Origin: Eledone cirrhosa
Lineage: Eukaryota
NCBI GenBank assembly: GCA_964016885.1
Contig: OZ024760.1
Location: forward strand, 16,306,001-16,370,000
Length of the DNA: 64,000 bases
Direction of reading: 5' to 3'
Part shown: one piece after another, positions 60,891-64,000 of the stretch
How positions within the stretch are numbered: the first letter of the stretch is position 1
Layout: each line of letters starts with the position of its first letter
Translations under genes and position numbers: made by a program
The notes under the pieces: model-generated
The model's database searches: none
The model's input: the letters and a program-made list of their open reading frames with translations, nothing else
Told to the model about the DNA's origin: nothing

Positions 60891-62380
60891 TTTCTTTATT
60901 AGTCACACAGGACGACGAGGCTGATGACGACGATGCTGGTGATGTTATTAGTACTGATGCTGCTTACCAGTGCTGCTGTTGTTAGTACTGATGCTGCTTA
61001 CCAGTGCTGCTGTTGTTACTGTAATGTGTTGAAAAGGAGAAGAATTAATCTTTAAGATCACATGATAGCTAAACCCGGGAGGTTTAGTTCCTGCCATTCG
61101 TTACATCTTTTGTTCTGGGGGTTTTTTTTTGAGGGAATATTTAACATTTAACATCTAGCACTGCAGTTCTCAATTTCTTGGTCTTTTTATTACTCCCTGT
61201 CGCTGTGGCTTCTTATAATCACATCATGACAGCTACAACACAAGATAGACTTGTAAAAGACACCACAAGAAGCTTACAATTTGCACCTGACTGACCACTT
61301 CTTACTTTTTTTTTGTGCCAGTCGCTGTCGTGCTAGACCCCTTGGTTTTCCTCTGTCCCCGAAATACCCCCCCCCCCCCCCCCCACCGTCTCAAATTTGG
61401 GAGGAGAGCATCTCGCCTGAGGATATAATCTAGAATTTGTACCTGACCGACCGCTTCTGTTTTTTTTTTTTTGTTCGTGCCAGATGCCCTGGTGTTATCT
61501 GTTCCCAAAATACCCTGTTTCCCTCCGCAAAATTTGTGTGAGGATAGCATCCCGCCCGAGGAAATGAGTCCCGTGTGGTGGAATGGTCGATGTAGCGTGT
61601 GTCGCTGGCTATTCTCTGCGGAAATACCTTCACCATTTTATCTGCGGGGTGCTGCTAAGACATACCGCCTAGACTAGACTTGGATGTACAGACTGCCCCT
61701 CCTTCTTCCCTTCCCGTATTTTCGCTAATTTTTTAAAAAGATCTTTTCTCTTTATTTTTTATTCTTCTCTAAGAGTTTCCTTCACATCTTAGAGATATAT
61801 TATAAGAATATAAAATGACTTAAATCCTTGACTTAACTAGACCTTTATTTTATCGACCCTACCCCTAGTAGGGTAGGCGGTGTGATGTTCAGTCGAAGTA
61901 TCCCCCACTCTCTGATAGATTTGTGGTCCAACCTATAGGGGGTGGAGACTTCTGGCATTTTTGGTCATCCCCCTCCCCGTATCACACCCTTACTCACTTC
62001 CTATCAGGGTGGGGTCGGCCACCCGCAGAAGTGAGCCCTGTCGATTTGGAACGGCTATTTCGTCATGTCTCCCTCACTCTCCAGACGGGACCACGAGGCG
62101 GCTTACTTCTGGGGTGGTGCATACGAGAGACTGTTCGCCCACATCAACCGGGCTTGTATCATTGGTGGGGGGTAGCGATGTTTTGAGTATTCTTTTTCAT
62201 GTTTTCAACAGACAACCTCTACCTTACGTTTTTGTAATATTGTTAGCAATGTTTTTAATTTAATTATTAATTGTTTCTACTTTTGGCACAAGGCCAGCAA
62301 ATTACCCAGTGCATTACTGGTACTTTATTTTATCGACCCCGTAAGGATAACTAAATAATAATAATAAATAATATATATAT

Positions 62381-62527
62381 AAGAATAGAAACGATAAAGT
62401 TTACATTACGGGCAGAAGAAGGGTAGGGCAGCATTTAATTAACTTTGAAATATTATTAATTAAAGTTAATTAAATGCTGCCCTACCCTTCTTCTACCCAT
62501 AATGTAAACTTTATCGTTTCTATTCTT
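62381..62527. repeat. Near-perfect hairpin, about 66-bp arms
   Basis: aagaatagaaacgataaagtttacatta... / ...taatgtaaactttatcgtttctattctt. Confidence 0.8.
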
Positions 62528-63544
62528 TCCTGGAAGAGAGAGGGGGGGGGGGTATTTGATCGATAAAATAAAGTTGTAGTGAATTGAAACACGAGTCATT
62601 TCATTGTCTGGTAATGTATCTAGTTTTTCTTGTGGGGTGGGGAGCCCAGTGGCGTAGTTAGAGTGTGTGTCACCAGAGGCACATCATCATCAACAACAAC
62701 TACATCAACAGCATCATCATCATCATCGTCGTCATCAACAGCGATTCGTCTTCAATATCATCATTATGTACACATTAAAGTACCAGTAATGCACTGGGAA
62801 ATTGCTGGCCTTGTGCCTAAAGTAGAAACAATTATATACACAATAACTTCATTATTATTTTTTTTTATTATCAATATCATCATCACCATCATTAACATTA
62901 GCATAATCATCAGCATCATCAACTACATCATCATCACCATCAACAGTAACAACAAAAAGGAGTAAGTTGAAAACAATAGCGAGGGTGTCAGGGCGAGTGG
63001 GTGGGTGGGGGGAGGGGAGTGAGTCAGTGAAGGGGAAGAAACAAGGATGTAGTGGGTGGAGGAATGAATCAGTAGAAGAGAGGAGTGGGTGATAATGGTG
63101 GTGGGGATGGACTGACTGACTGACAGATCGATAGATCAATTGACAGACAGATAGACAAACAGATCGATAAACAGAGATAGATAGATGAATAGATAGACAG
63201 ACAGTTATGTTTCTTTATTAGTCACAGGGGCACAAAAGAAGGGGACAAATACAAAGGGGGAAGATAGACATAGATATGTTCTTTATTAGCAACAGGGGCA
63301 CAAAAGAAGGGGACAAATACAAAGGGGGATAGCTAGACAGATAGAAAGATAGATGTTAGAGTGATATATTTTATTGGAAGTTGAAACTTCACAAAAGGTT
63401 ACAGAGAGAGAGAGAGAAAGAGAGTTATAGATGAACAAACAGTGAGAGTAGGTGATAGACAGACTGAGTGAGTGAAAGGGAATGTAACAGACAGAAAGAA
63501 AAAAACAAACAAAACAACAACCAAAGTTAGCATTTACTGCGAAT

Positions 63545-63605
63545 CTATAGTAACTTCCGGCAGATCCACTTCCGCCATCTGTAGCTTCATTTTCCACGTG
63601 CCGAT
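63545..63605 (+). promoter_or_regulatory. Bystin proximal promoter: ETS, ETS/YY1 composite, E-box
   Basis: ACTTCCGG 63553-63560, ACTTCCGCCATCT 63568-63580, CACGTG 63595-63600, all within about 105 nt upstream of the ATG. Confidence 0.6.
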
Positions 63606-63655
63606 GGTTTCAGGAGAAATTTACCAAATTATTTGCTGATCACCGATTAACAACA

Positions 63656-63787
63656 ATGGGTAAAATTAAAGGAGATAAACATAAAGCTAAAAACCCTCAC
63701 CTGGCTGACCAGATATTGGACGATAAATCTGTAAGGCCGCCAGGAAGGACGAAAGATAATCAAAATCGTCAAGATGACGACGACGAA
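63656..63787 (+). CDS. BYSL: Bystin (Enp1 homolog, 40S biogenesis factor), exon 1; gene continues beyond the window
   Basis: MGK...PHLADQIL..KSVR...R.K...DDE matches the bystin N-terminus (human HAPLADQILAGNAVRAGVREK); GAA|GTATGT donor. Confidence 0.85.
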
Positions 63788-64000
63788 GTATGTAAAATAG
63801 ATTTATTTTTCTTTCCTAATATGGTTTTTAAATCGAATAGGCTATGTAGCCGGTAAACCCTAAAGGGACGCAACACACATCGCTATAGCGTTTCACCAGC
63901 CCCTTCCTCCTGTTGTCTGTATCTGTTTATGTATTTACGTGTAGATGTGTGTGTATGTAACTAAAGCGTAACGTACGTTACGAATGGACGACTAAATGAT

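Overview
Eukaryotic, AT-rich, microsatellite-saturated genomic DNA. It is most likely from an octopus or other coleoid cephalopod; this is inferred from repeat style and was not verified. Three protein-coding loci are reconstructed. (1) + strand 710-7225: a 6-exon, about 860-aa Ser/Pro-rich orphan protein with a PIP-box-like motif, a cyclin-docking motif and CDK-type sites. (2) - strand 59197-25280: a complete 20-coding-exon pumilio (PUF) gene of about 1166 aa. It has canonical RNA-recognition residues, one apparent 1-nt homopolymer frameshift, a candidate cassette exon, a tandem acceptor in the R7-R8 loop and a probable 3' UTR of about 10 kb. (3) + strand 63656 onward: the first exon of bystin, head-to-head with pumilio. 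Repeats include a tRNA-derived SINE, a TTAA/piggyBac MITE with a transposase remnant, hAT MITEs, RTE LINE fragments and many minisatellites. The most unusual signal is a set of type I hammerhead ribozyme motifs of the Penelope/retrozyme kind. One is intact and sits in a 270-bp palindrome, two form a tandem pair 242 nt apart, and several fold-back elements are mirrored at hammerhead stem II. Large intronic satellites also spell dozens of Pumilio response elements on the pumilio sense strand.
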